Positions 11,501 through 21,132 of a stretch of 64,000 nt of DNA are shown here, one piece after another. Origin of the DNA: Blastocatellia bacterium. GTDB lineage: Bacteria > Acidobacteriota > Blastocatellia > HR10 > J050. The notes beneath the pieces were generated by a model that searched no databases, was not told where the DNA came from, and saw nothing but the letters and a program-made list of their open reading frames with translations. How positions within the stretch are numbered: position 1 is the first letter of the stretch; every line of letters starts with the position of its first letter. A program made the translations under genes and the position numbers. The stretch is taken from NCBI GenBank assembly GCA_026985075.1, contig JALSQX010000020.1, forward strand, positions 158,966 through 222,965, in the 5' to 3' direction.

Positions 11501-11831
11501 CCGGTTCTGGATGATAGGTGAGCCGCCGAGGTTGGCCACCAGTGGCGGGAACGACGTACACATCGACGTTTCCATCGTACTCCCCGGTGAAGGCAATCAT
11601 CGATCCATCGGGAGAGAAACGCGGATTGGTCTCGCTGCCCGGCGCGCTGGTCAATCGGCGCGCTCGACCACCACGGCGAGAGACGATCCAGATGTCATTG
11701 GCATAAACGAACGCAATCTGATCGCGGCTCACCGTCGGCTGACGCAGCAGCCGCGTGCCTTGCCCCCGGACGGAGACGACGGAGCCGAGCAGAACGAAGA
11801 TGAGGATGAAAAAGAGGCGTTGGATTTTCAT
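8565..11831 (-). CDS. Tricorn protease homologue (S41; beta-propellers + PDZ + catalytic domain)
   Basis: PD40-like P.WSPDG repeats, DERFNGGG, catalytic GSGGD, GKRTWGG, DPQLERAV; GGAGG before ATG at 11831. Confidence 0.95.
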   Translation of the reverse strand: MKIQRLFFILIFVLLGSVVSVRGQGTRLLRQPTVSRDQIAFVYANDIWIVSRRGGRARRLTSAPGSETNPRFSPDGSMIAFTGEYDGNVDVYVVPATGGQPRRLTYHPEPDRVRGWTPDGTAIVFASSRTSVPRAYNRLWTISVDGGMPEPLPMPMANKGVYSPDGRRMAYVPVPDAFGTWRHYRGGLAAFIWIIDLSDYSIEKIPRQDSNDTDPMWIGDTIYFLSDRNGTMNLFSYQLRRHRVQQLTHHRDFDIKSASAGGGVIVYEQAGYLHLFDPRTRRSQQLVIEVHGDLPWARPHFVKVGKMIRHADLSPHGVRAVFEARGDIITVPAKKGDPRNLTESPGVHDRNPVWSPDGSRIAWFSDRGGEYQLVISDQKGLEKPKVIALENPSFYYTPAWSPDSQKLLFTDKHLNLWVVDVDSGKATKVDTDTYSHPERTIDPVWSPDSQWIAYTKRLDNHMHAIFLYSLKDGQVHQITDGLSDAISPAFDASGKYLYFLASTNYALNTGWLDMTSYERPVRRGVYLIVLSAKEPSPLLPESDEEKGEEEKAEKPQKEEAKKEKEAAEKKEGVTVRIDLEGIDQRILALDVPPRDYVDLQAGVANTLFYLERIPHQEGLRLHRYDLKKRKAERFMDGITFYKVSATGKKLLYRAGDTWGIVDTGKKAKVGDGKLKTAAMEIKIDPRAEWEQIYHEAWRIYRDFFYDEHMHGEDWAAMYEKYRPFLPHVRHRSDLTYVLSMLIGELTVGHAYVGGGDAPTPERVPVGLLGADFAIENGRYRIKRIYTGENWNPDLRAPLTAPGLQISEGDYLLEVNGKELRPPTNLYSLFEGTAGKQTVIRINSQPTLEGSRLVTVVPVASERALRTRAWVEANRRKVEELSGGRLGYVYLPNTGRSGYEYFNRYYFTQQDKQGMIIDERFNGGGSAADYMVDLMDRPLLNYWATRDGKTFHTPTAAVFGPKVMIINQFAGSGGDALPYYFRKRKIGPLVGKRTWGGLIGIYDYPVLIDGGFITAPRVAFYNTDGHWDVENVGVAPDIEVEQTPALVIQGRDPQLERAVEEALKLLKKHPPREVPRPAPIDRTSWKHRQ

Positions 11832-12231
11832 GATGATCCTCCTGCGAAATATGATTTCCACACATTCACCGATGAACAGATACGCGTTCTGTCACTCATC
11901 GGTTCATCTTTCATCCTTCGAGCATGCTCATGGCTCATGAGCGATTCTTCGACTCTATGAACCCGCTCGCCGCCCTCCATTGGCATAGCCCGCACGCGAT
12001 TGACCGCTCTCCATTCACCACCCACCTTCCGTACCAATGAACGAGATCCCCGAATGCCTCATTCTGTCGAGCGGAGGAGCGGTTGCGGACGTCGCCGAAT
12101 TTCGATCGAACCGCGAATCCCCACTCCATCTCGTCAGTCCTTTGATGGTCTCTTCGGCCATGATCCGCCATGGCCTCTCTCGCCCGATCGAGTTGACGCC
12201 ATTCACCTGATCGAACCCGATGTCGCTGCAT

Positions 12232-13215
12232 CTATTCATGACCCCGCACCGGTTGTGGACGATACGGTTCCTCCAGATACGCTCTCTCTTCTTCGGAGAG
12301 AGTGATGTCCAATGCGCCGACGGCTTCCTCCAGATGCTCGATCGTCCGCACGCCAATGATCGGGGCGGTGATACCCGGCTGATGGAGTAGCCAGGCCAGC
12401 GCGATTTGAGCTGGCGTGACGCCTCGACGTGCGGCCACAGCGACGACGCGATCGATGATCTCCAGGTTCGCCCGGTCGTAAAGTTGCCGGGTGTATGCAT
12501 CGGTTCGGGATCGTAATGTCTCGCCCCCTCCCTTCTCCGGTCTCGGTCGAGCCAGCAATCCTCTGGCCAGAGGCCCCCAGGGGATGACGCCAATGCCCTC
12601 TTCGCGACAGAGTGGCAGCATCTCTCGCTCCTCCTCGCGATAGAGCAAGTTATAATGGTTTTGCATACTGACCGGTCGCGTCCATCCATGTCGATCGGCG
12701 GTGTAGAGAGCTTTGGCGAATTGCCAGGCGTACATACTCGATGCGCCAAGGTACCTCACCTTGCCCGCCCGAACCAGATCGTCGAGCGTCTCCATCGTCT
12801 CCTCGATGGGCGTCGAAGAGTCCCAACGGTGAATCTGATAGAGGTCGACGTAATCCGTTTGGAGGCGTTTGAGCGAGGCATCGATTTGCGCTCGAATGTG
12901 CTTCCGGGAGAGACCCCGTTGATTGGGCACGCCTTCCTTCATCGGATAGTACACCTTCGTGGCGATGACCACATCGTCTCGATCGGCAACGAAGTCTCTC
13001 ACGGCTCGGCCCAGAATCTCTTCGCTCAGACCGAGGGAGTACATATTGGCCGTGTCGAAAAAATTAATTCCCAGTTCGAGCGCGCGTTGAATGATGGCTC
13101 GGGCTTCGTCCTCACCAATCGTCCACGGACGCCACTGCTTCGACCCGAATGTCATACAGCCCAGGCACAGGCGCGAGACTTGCAGTCCGGATCGGCCGAG
13201 ATTCACGTACTCCAT
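12232..13215 (-). CDS. Aldo/keto reductase
   Basis: MEYVNLG.SGL.VS, FFDTANMY, ATK, DLYQIHRWD, QNHYNL, AQIALAW; GGAGGG before ATG at 13215. Confidence 0.95.
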   Translation of the reverse strand: MEYVNLGRSGLQVSRLCLGCMTFGSKQWRPWTIGEDEARAIIQRALELGINFFDTANMYSLGLSEEILGRAVRDFVADRDDVVIATKVYYPMKEGVPNQRGLSRKHIRAQIDASLKRLQTDYVDLYQIHRWDSSTPIEETMETLDDLVRAGKVRYLGASSMYAWQFAKALYTADRHGWTRPVSMQNHYNLLYREEEREMLPLCREEGIGVIPWGPLARGLLARPRPEKGGGETLRSRTDAYTRQLYDRANLEIIDRVVAVAARRGVTPAQIALAWLLHQPGITAPIIGVRTIEHLEEAVGALDITLSEEERAYLEEPYRPQPVRGHE

Positions 13216-13394
13216 GTTCCCCTCCCACGAACCGAAGTGTTGACACTCATGCCTTTCACTTCGATGCTGGAGTGTAACAAGGCTTCTCGACAAAAGTAAA
13301 GAACGAATTGAACCGAGATCGGCTTTCTTTTGTCGCCGAAACACAGTAGAATACCGGCCGTGCTGGAAAGCATCACATCCCGACCGAGGAGGAG

Positions 13395-14744
13395 ATGATG
13401 GGACAATATCGACGTGGAACGCTCATCGGGCTCTCGCTCATCATCATTGGGAGCGCAGTCATAAGCTCCCTGTTGGCCGCTTCTGTGGTTGCTCGGGGAC
13501 GCGGCGGGCGCGTTGAGGGAATGGTCGTCTCGGCGACCACGGGCGAGCCATTGGCCGATGTCCGCGTATGGCTCGATCCGGTACCGACGACGGATCCCGC
13601 TCCCCGTCGTCGGGCCCGCACGGACCGGCGAGGGCGTTTCGTCTTCACCGGCGTGCGCCCTGGGCTCTATCGACTGTACGCTCAGAAGCAAGACTATCTG
13701 TTCGCCGAATACGCCGATCCGCAAGCTGGCGAGGCACAGGCGTATCTTCAAGTAGATGACCAGACCATCATCTCCGACATCGTCATCGACCTCCAGCCTG
13801 GGGGTTCGGTGAGCGGGTCCATCTGGGATGAACGGGGCCGCCCGGCCAGCGGCATTATCGTGAAGCTCCTTCCGCTCACTTCATCGGGGGAACGCCCTTC
13901 CACGACCAGAGTGAATAGCACTCGCACGGATGAGCGAGGACAGTACCGGTTGAGCGGTCTCCGTCCGGGACGATATATCCTGCGGGCCGAGCGCCACATC
14001 GTAGACCAAGGATCTGCCCGATTGGCGTTCGCTTATTACCCCGATGCCGACTCCTGGACGTCGGCTACGCCCATCGACATCAATGCTGGCGAGACGCTGA
14101 CGGATATCAATCTGAATTTTCATCCTCGAACCGAATCCGCCATCATCGCTGGTGTGGTGGTCGACGCTCAGACGGGAGATCCGTTGCCCGGCGTGAGCGT
14201 GAGCGTGGTCGATGAATTGAACCTCGGATTGCGTACCAAGACGGCGGCTGATGGACAATACCGACTAGAGGGGTTGCCGCCGGGAACGTATGCTCTCTCC
14301 ACGCACGCTGAGACCATCGGTCAAGGCTACATGCGGACGTGGGAGAACATCACGCTGGCGTCGGGATTGAATGTGATGGATGTCGAACTCCAACCGGCAC
14401 CGTTGATTGCCGGGACGATCGAGTACATCGGTTCCGGGCCACCACCGGCGCCGGGCGATTTCATGATCTCGGTCCACTTCGCCCGCCAGAGCCAGGGCAT
14501 TCGCTACACCGGTCAACCAACGTTCGAATTTCGCGGATTGGAGGCGGGCCGAGCGCGGATCGGCGTGGGATTCGCCGCCCTGCAGTATAAGCTGGCGGCC
14601 ATCCTCTATGGCGATCGAGACATCACCGGACAGGCCATCGAGCTCCATCCTGGAGACCAACTCACCGGCGTGCGGATTCTCATCACCGATGATCTGACGA
14701 CGGCCTCGGAGGTGAAAGAGATCGACGGCGTCCACGATCCTTGA
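13395..14744 (+). CDS. Exported protein with tandem carboxypeptidase-regulatory-like (SdrD-B type) domains
   Basis: N-terminal hydrophobic segment; three repeats of G.V.D..G.PL....V...TD..G.Y.L.GL.PG.Y; AGGAGG RBS. Confidence 0.82.
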   Translation: MMGQYRRGTLIGLSLIIIGSAVISSLLAASVVARGRGGRVEGMVVSATTGEPLADVRVWLDPVPTTDPAPRRRARTDRRGRFVFTGVRPGLYRLYAQKQDYLFAEYADPQAGEAQAYLQVDDQTIISDIVIDLQPGGSVSGSIWDERGRPASGIIVKLLPLTSSGERPSTTRVNSTRTDERGQYRLSGLRPGRYILRAERHIVDQGSARLAFAYYPDADSWTSATPIDINAGETLTDINLNFHPRTESAIIAGVVVDAQTGDPLPGVSVSVVDELNLGLRTKTAADGQYRLEGLPPGTYALSTHAETIGQGYMRTWENITLASGLNVMDVELQPAPLIAGTIEYIGSGPPPAPGDFMISVHFARQSQGIRYTGQPTFEFRGLEAGRARIGVGFAALQYKLAAILYGDRDITGQAIELHPGDQLTGVRILITDDLTTASEVKEIDGVHDP

Positions 14745-14772
14745 GACGCCTCTGACACGGGCTCGTCGGAGG

Positions 14773-14870
14773 ATGCCGCTCTCTCCGTTGGTGGGAATCT
14801 CACTTCCTTCACGTTTTGTTTGTCGGGGTCTGTCTCTGAATGCCGCTCTCTCCGTTGGTGGGAATCTCAC
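14773..14870. repeat. Two identical 31-bp direct repeats separated by 36 bp
   Basis: ATGCCGCTCTCTCCGTTGGTGGGAATCTCAC at 14773-14803 and 14840-14870. Confidence 0.9.
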
Positions 14871-17800
14871 CCCCTCGAAGTCGAGTCCGCCCGTTCACTC
14901 TCCTTGTCGGCATGCCAAAGGGATGTCGACTGGTTTTTGCCTACGGAATTTCGCCCTGATAGATATTCCATATCGATGGCCATGAGCATACCCGCGATGA
15001 CCAGCGTGGCGATCAAAGGCCACTCCGTCCACCCCATTCTCAACGCCTGTCCGGCTTCGACGAAGAGCAGAAGCCCAATGATGTACATCAAAGGCGGTGG
15101 CATGGCGGTGACGATGAACAGATGCATCGCTGCCACTGCCCCGGCGCCTGAGAGGATGAGATGAATCAAGCGGCCGGTGACGATGAACGTCCAAGCGGGA
15201 TATCCGATGATCAACACCAGCACGATCGCCAGCCCGACGCTCAAGACACGCCGTTTTCCTCCTCGCCCAGGCATTCGAGCCTCACTGGATGGAACGAGCG
15301 ATGATCGCGCAGCCGATGCCGCACCGGAGAGGATCCAGCCGAGATAGATGGCCACCGGAATGAGATAGAACTCCAGCAGCCCAACATGACCGATGCGACC
15401 GATGATGATCCACGCGGAGACGAGGAAAATGGCCGCTATATGCTGATGAAGCGACCGGCGACGAAGCCAATACATATCCATACTGATGAGCGCCAGCAAT
15501 AGCGCCGCCAAAGCGCCACCGAGGTGACGGTGCGCCAGGCCAAACGTCAAGCCACTGCCAATGAGGACGTACACATGCGCCCCATACCACAGGACGCGCT
15601 CGCGCCACCAGTCATCCTCGCGGCGCTCATACCACCACTGTGCCAATACATGCAGTCCCGCCAAGGTAGCGAATGCCAGCCCATAGTGACCGATGCTCAC
15701 ACCATACGTCGCCAAGAATGTGTAGACGAGTACGCCGGAGGCTACTGAGGCGAGAATATAAGCCGTGATGAACGTCGATCGGAATCGTTGCTGGACATAA
15801 GGCGGGAGGATACCCTTCCAACCGATCGTCACGATGATGAAGCCAATGATGGCAATGAGGAGCGCCGACAGATCGTACTGACCCCAGGGAGCATTGACGC
15901 CGAGCAACAATAAGAGCACCCCGTTAGCCAGCCATAATCCCATGTTCGGCAGCCGCGGACGGAATCCATCCTCCCACGTGCGGCGCATCTCCATGCGGCT
16001 GAGAATGAGCAGGAAGAGGTAATAGACGCCCAGGCACAGCGTTGCCGAGATCGCTCCCGCGCCGATGACCAGCACGGCGAGGCCGGCCGTCACCAATCCC
16101 AGGGCGAGGAGCTTCGATGAGGTGGTTTTCTCCCGTTCGGCCAGTATGGTGAACAGGAGACCGAGGGCGAGAAGATAATTCGCTTCCACGCGCGGCGAAT
16201 AATGTTGTCCAATAGCCTGGGGGAGTGGCAGCCGCACGGCGAGATTCGGAATAGTTCGCCAGAGCACGTTGATCACCCCAATCACGATCGCTCCGTAACC
16301 GAGCGCCCTCAAGACGCGGAGAGGATGGAGGCGGCCAGCCACCGGATCAGCCGCCAGGCGACTTTGAACGGTCAGTGCCATCAGCCAGGCCAGCATGGCC
16401 AGGAGATTCAGCGGCGAACGCCAGATGGTCAACCCGATGGCCAGGAGCGAGAAAACGTGCGCGAAATGCATGACGCTGGCCCGACTCAGCAACTGGCGAT
16501 GACGGGCCATCACGGCATACCCGAGCAGATAGATCACGCTCATCACAGCGAAGGCCAATCCATAGATTTCCACTCGAGCACCGGCGAGCTGCAGCACAGC
16601 GAACAGTAAGAATCCCACGGCCACATGGGCCATCTCACATCCGAGGAGCAGGAAGGATCGAACGGCCCGTCCCATGGGCGGAGACCAGGCCGGCTCCCAC
16701 CCATAGCGCATCAAGGGAAACATCGCTGCCAGGATGAAGAAGCTGATCGGGTGGTACTGATTCCCGATGAGGCTGATGAGGAGCGTCGACAGAGCCACGA
16801 GGAGCGCCACACTCAAGGTGAATCGAATCCTGACAACGACACGATGAGAATCCTCGATCCGGCGAGCGCGATTGATCCACCATTGCGTGAGCATCATGAG
16901 CAGGAGAGAGAACACAGCGAGCACCAGCGTCGATTGCGTCGGGAATACACCGAAAGCGACCAGGACGACTCCCGCCGCCAGGTGAATCACGCTCAACGCG
17001 TATGACACAATGGCACCAGTCCATTCCGAGAGGGCGAACAGTATCAACGCTCCGATACCCAATGCCGCCATGACGGCCAACAAACTGTATGCCGCCGTCA
17101 CTGCCGCCAACACGAGCGTCAGGTATCCGGCAACGGCCAGAGCGCGCCGAGGATAGAGATGCCCGAACCATGCACTCGCCCAACTGTAGATACTCCCCAT
17201 GGCGAGGAGGAGGACGATGACCCAAGAGGCTTCTCCGAACAGGAGCACCGTCCCGGCGCTCGACGCGGCGAGGAGGAGGAGCGGCGCGGCGAAACCGATG
17301 AGTCCTTCCACAGCCCGCATCCCTCCTGATGGTGGCCTCGCCGGTTCGCGCTCGGCGCGACGGACAATGAGACCGCCCGCCCAGGAGATGGCCACGAGCA
17401 AGAGCGCCAGAGCGCTCCAGGAGCTTCCCGATGGCATGGTCACCTGAACCGATCCCGACGCTTGAAGCCGATAGGTCAAAACGCCGATCGTGTGCACCTG
17501 GACGAGCCCATCCCAGAACGCTTGCTGAGAAATGACGATCATCCCACCCAGGACGAAGGCGAACCAATAGGCCGACTCGGTCAACGCCGCCCAACGCCGC
17601 GAGCGAAAGCCGTTGCCAATGCCCACCAGCAGCACCACGCCGAGAGCAGCCAGCACGACGTGGTATTGCTGCCCGATTGAGAGAGAGAGCGTACCGGCCA
17701 ACACGAACGCGAGGACTCCCCATCCCAACATGCCCAACAGGATACCGATTCCGATGGCGCGATTGAGCCAGGCGAGGGTGAAGAGCCATCCCGCAGCCAG

Positions 17801-18478
17801 ATACCCGCTGGTCAACAACACGCTCGAGGGATGCGGAAAGAACGACGGCCCGAAGAGGACGACGAGCGTCAGGAGCAACAGGGCACCCGCCGCCGCGTAA
17901 TGCTGTTTCAGCGGAGGATCGAGCGCGTGACAGAGGAGAGCGATGAGCCCGCCTATTCCTACGAGCAACATCGAGGCCAGCGAGGCGGGCAACCCCAGCG
18001 TGAACGGGAGGAAGTAAAGAGGGATGGCCAGATTCACGGCGAACAAATACGCCCGATGAGGACGTCCACTGAGCGGGAGACGCCGCTCGACGAGATCGGC
18101 AAAGATGATGTAAGCCAATGTCACCAGGGCGGCGAAAGAAGCGCTCAACGGCAGGTTCCCGACAATGGGCGGGATGGTCGTCACGCTCACCATGTAGAGC
18201 GTCAGTGGGAGCAACACATCGCCTAACGCGATGAGCCATCGACTGAGCGAAGACGCTGGATCGCTCCGATGAACAGCCCATCCCACCGCCCAGACGACCA
18301 GATTGATCCCCATCCAACTGCCGACGAAACCAACCGATGAGGAGAGCGGAGATCCGGTCAGGCGAATGGCCGAGGCCAGAGCCGCCATCAGGATGAGCAC
18401 TAATCCCCCGTAACTGACAATCGCCATATGCCGGGCGCGCATCGTCAGCCCTTGGTGTCGATGTCCATGGTTGAGCAT
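14867..18478 (-). CDS. Very large polytopic membrane protein of unknown function (~1200 aa)
   Basis: Nearly continuous run of hydrophobic helices; no catalytic motif recognised; start uncertain. Confidence 0.8.
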   Translation of the reverse strand: MLNHGHRHQGLTMRARHMAIVSYGGLVLILMAALASAIRLTGSPLSSSVGFVGSWMGINLVVWAVGWAVHRSDPASSLSRWLIALGDVLLPLTLYMVSVTTIPPIVGNLPLSASFAALVTLAYIIFADLVERRLPLSGRPHRAYLFAVNLAIPLYFLPFTLGLPASLASMLLVGIGGLIALLCHALDPPLKQHYAAAGALLLLTLVVLFGPSFFPHPSSVLLTSGYLAAGWLFTLAWLNRAIGIGILLGMLGWGVLAFVLAGTLSLSIGQQYHVVLAALGVVLLVGIGNGFRSRRWAALTESAYWFAFVLGGMIVISQQAFWDGLVQVHTIGVLTYRLQASGSVQVTMPSGSSWSALALLLVAISWAGGLIVRRAEREPARPPSGGMRAVEGLIGFAAPLLLLAASSAGTVLLFGEASWVIVLLLAMGSIYSWASAWFGHLYPRRALAVAGYLTLVLAAVTAAYSLLAVMAALGIGALILFALSEWTGAIVSYALSVIHLAAGVVLVAFGVFPTQSTLVLAVFSLLLMMLTQWWINRARRIEDSHRVVVRIRFTLSVALLVALSTLLISLIGNQYHPISFFILAAMFPLMRYGWEPAWSPPMGRAVRSFLLLGCEMAHVAVGFLLFAVLQLAGARVEIYGLAFAVMSVIYLLGYAVMARHRQLLSRASVMHFAHVFSLLAIGLTIWRSPLNLLAMLAWLMALTVQSRLAADPVAGRLHPLRVLRALGYGAIVIGVINVLWRTIPNLAVRLPLPQAIGQHYSPRVEANYLLALGLLFTILAEREKTTSSKLLALGLVTAGLAVLVIGAGAISATLCLGVYYLFLLILSRMEMRRTWEDGFRPRLPNMGLWLANGVLLLLLGVNAPWGQYDLSALLIAIIGFIIVTIGWKGILPPYVQQRFRSTFITAYILASVASGVLVYTFLATYGVSIGHYGLAFATLAGLHVLAQWWYERREDDWWRERVLWYGAHVYVLIGSGLTFGLAHRHLGGALAALLLALISMDMYWLRRRSLHQHIAAIFLVSAWIIIGRIGHVGLLEFYLIPVAIYLGWILSGAASAARSSLVPSSEARMPGRGGKRRVLSVGLAIVLVLIIGYPAWTFIVTGRLIHLILSGAGAVAAMHLFIVTAMPPPLMYIIGLLLFVEAGQALRMGWTEWPLIATLVIAGMLMAIDMEYLSGRNSVGKNQSTSLWHADKESERADSTSRG

Positions 18479-18549
18479 GTGCTTTGAAATACCTGCTGAC
18501 CGGCTCGATCAGAGCAGCTATGGTAACACGGCGCGACGGCCCAACGCAA

Positions 18550-18646
18550 AAGGCTTTTCTTCGGCCAGCAGCACTTTCCGGAGCTGGTTCGGCCCCGCGA
18601 TTGTGGGAAGAGAGGAAGGCTTTTCTTCGATCAGTGGTGCTTTCCG
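18550..18646. repeat. Imperfect 31-bp direct repeat pair (66-bp period) in divergent intergenic region
   Basis: AAGGCTTTTCTTCGgcCAGcaGcaCTTTCCG (18550-18580) vs AAGGCTTTTCTTCGatCAGtgGtgCTTTCCG (18616-18646). Confidence 0.75.
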
Positions 18647-18868
18647 AGGGCACTGAGTATAATTCGGAAGTTGTGGGGGAAGCATGCCCGTCAAAGGAGA
18701 CGAGAAGAGGAACTCATCGCGCCCGTCCGCACTTTCCAGATCCCAATCCTTCAACGGCGGGAGACGAGATGGGCGGGATGAATCAGAGGGTGGGGGCCGC
18801 AAAGGGCCCCCCGAAACGATGCATCGCGGATCTGATGCATCAGGCTCGATCCCTCACCTCCGGACGGA

Positions 18869-21004
18869 ATGATGATGGCCAAGACATTTTCATTTGAGAT
18901 CGACAGCCAAGGCCTCGGCATCGTGCGCATCGATAAGCCGGGCGAAAAAGTCAACACTCTCTCCCTCTCGCTCCTCGAAGAGGTCGAGGAGCTTCTGGAG
19001 AGCATCGATCGCCAGCCGAATTTGAAAGCCGTCATCCTCATCAGCGGGAAACCGGATAATTTCATTGCTGGCGCCGACATTCACGACTTCTTGACCTTCA
19101 AGACGGCCGCACAAGCCACCGAGATGAGTCGGCGAGGCCAGGCATTCATCGATCGATTGGCGCGCGCCAAGGTTCCCATCATCGCCGCTATTCATGGGTC
19201 GTGTTTGGGCGGCGGATTGGAGCTGGTGCTGGGATGCCACTATCGCCTCGCCACCGATGATCCCAAGACGGTCCTGGGACTTCCCGAGGTCCAACTCGGC
19301 CTCATTCCCGGTGCCGGCGGTACGCAGCGACTACCCCGGCTCATTGGCCTTCAAGCGGCGCTGGACATGATCCTCACCGGCAAGAACGTCTATCCCCGAA
19401 AAGCGCGACGCCTCGGCCTGGTCGATGAACTCGTCCCGCGCGAAGCTCTGCTCGTCGCGGCCAAACGGAAAGCCCTCCAACTGGCTTCCGGTTGGCGACC
19501 GCGGCGAAAGAAACGCGGTCATCCACTCGTTCGCGCCCTCCTGGAAGGCAATCCCATTGGCCGCGCGGTGATGTTCAGGAAGGCGCGAAACATGGTCCTC
19601 AGCAGGACGAGGGGCCACTATCCCGCTCCGCTCAAGGCCATCGAAGCCATCGGGCGCGGATTGGCCGCCGGTATGGAAAAAGGCCTGGAATGGGAAGCCC
19701 GCTTATTCGGCGAATTGGCCGTCTCACCGGTGGCGCGACAACTGATCAACGTCTTCTTCGCCATCACTGCCACCAAGAAAGACACCGGCGTCAGCGATCC
19801 CCATATTCGGCCCCGGCAGGTGCGAAAACTGGGCATCCTGGGCGCCGGATTCATGGGCTCGGGAATCGCCATGGTCGCTGCTGACAGAGGCATCCCCGTT
19901 CGACTCAAAGACAAGGACGACGAGAGCCTGGGGCGAGGATGGCGAGCTTGTTACGAGTACTTCGCCGAGCGACGGAGGAAAGGCATCCTCGATCGCCAGG
20001 AGATGGAGCAGCGATTCAACCTCATCTCGGGCACGACGGACTATGCGGGTTTCCGCACAGTGGATCTCGTCATCGAGGCCGTGTTCGAAGACCTGGCGGT
20101 GAAACACCGCGTGCTCGCCGAGCTGGAAAAAGCGGCGCGGGAAGACTGCATTTTCGCATCCAACACCTCATCCATTCCCATCACAGAGATCGCTCGTGCG
20201 GCCACGCGGCCGGAGAACGTCATTGGGATGCACTTCTTCTCACCGGTACCCAAGATGCCTTTGCTGGAGATCATTGTCACCGAGCAAACCGACGATTCAG
20301 TGACGGCGACCTGCGTCGCGTTCGGCAAGCGACTCGGCAAGACGGTCATCGTGGTGCGCGATGGGGTGGGATTCTACACCTCGCGCATCCTGGCGCCCTA
20401 CATGAATGAAGCAGCTCACCTGCTGGCCGAAGGAGCGGCCATCGAAGACATCGATCGAGCGATGGTCGAGTGGGGCTTCCCGGTAGGGCCGATCACGCTG
20501 CTGGACGAAGTGGGCATCGATGTGGCCGCCCACGTGGCCAAGATCATGCATCGGGCATTCGGTCAGCGATTGCAGCCACCGGACACCATGGAGCGCATCT
20601 TCGCCGATGGGCGCTACGGGCGCAAGAACAAGCGGGGCTTTTACACCTACGATGGAAAGAAGAAGCGCGTCGACGAGACGGTGTATGATGTGCTTCCCCA
20701 CGGTCGCCAGCGAAAGCGATTTCCCATCCAAGAGATTCAAGAACGCTTGGCGCTGGCCATGGTGAACGAGGCGGCCCTCTGTCTCCAGGAAGGCATCTTG
20801 CGCCAACCGCGCGACGGGGACGTGGGCGCCATTCTGGGATTGGGTTTCCCTCCGTTTCGCGGTGGGCCCTTCCGGTACATTGATGCCATAGGAGTGGGTA
20901 CGATCGTTCAGCGCCTGGAGGCCTGGGCAGAGCGGTTGAATGGGCGATTGGCCCCAGCAGAGATTCTCGTGGACATGGCCAGGGCGGGCCGCACATTTTA
21001 CTGA
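18869..21004 (+). CDS. fadJ: Fatty acid oxidation complex subunit alpha (enoyl-CoA hydratase / 3-hydroxyacyl-CoA dehydrogenase)
   Basis: FIAGADI, CLGGGLE, GLPEVQLG, GAGFMG, IEAVFED, ASNTSS, GMHFFSP, GFPPFRGGPF. Confidence 0.93.
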   Translation: MMMAKTFSFEIDSQGLGIVRIDKPGEKVNTLSLSLLEEVEELLESIDRQPNLKAVILISGKPDNFIAGADIHDFLTFKTAAQATEMSRRGQAFIDRLARAKVPIIAAIHGSCLGGGLELVLGCHYRLATDDPKTVLGLPEVQLGLIPGAGGTQRLPRLIGLQAALDMILTGKNVYPRKARRLGLVDELVPREALLVAAKRKALQLASGWRPRRKKRGHPLVRALLEGNPIGRAVMFRKARNMVLSRTRGHYPAPLKAIEAIGRGLAAGMEKGLEWEARLFGELAVSPVARQLINVFFAITATKKDTGVSDPHIRPRQVRKLGILGAGFMGSGIAMVAADRGIPVRLKDKDDESLGRGWRACYEYFAERRRKGILDRQEMEQRFNLISGTTDYAGFRTVDLVIEAVFEDLAVKHRVLAELEKAAREDCIFASNTSSIPITEIARAATRPENVIGMHFFSPVPKMPLLEIIVTEQTDDSVTATCVAFGKRLGKTVIVVRDGVGFYTSRILAPYMNEAAHLLAEGAAIEDIDRAMVEWGFPVGPITLLDEVGIDVAAHVAKIMHRAFGQRLQPPDTMERIFADGRYGRKNKRGFYTYDGKKKRVDETVYDVLPHGRQRKRFPIQEIQERLALAMVNEAALCLQEGILRQPRDGDVGAILGLGFPPFRGGPFRYIDAIGVGTIVQRLEAWAERLNGRLAPAEILVDMARAGRTFY

Positions 21005-21063
21005 ACGTCGTCCCCCGCCAGAGACAAAAGTGCGCAGAGGGCCGGGATGCTGTCGTCACCCAT

Positions 21064-21093
21064 TTGGCGCGCGTTCCGCCCAGCGTTTATAAT
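21064..21093 (+). promoter_or_regulatory. Putative sigma70 promoter upstream of mfd
   Basis: TTGGCG (21064-69), 18 bp, TATAAT (21088-93); a perfect -10 in GC-rich DNA. Confidence 0.5.
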
Positions 21094-21132
21094 TGAATGA
21101 GTTTTGTGGCGCTCGGGAAATCTCGAACCACG

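Noticed and set aside
11868..11903. ACCGATGA/TCATCGGT inverted repeat upstream of tricorn
   Set aside because: Only 8 bp with a 20-nt loop and no supporting context
16635..18653. 672-aa alternative-frame ORF inside the membrane protein gene
   Set aside because: Arg/Gly/Pro-rich off-frame composition and almost entirely overlapping a better ORF
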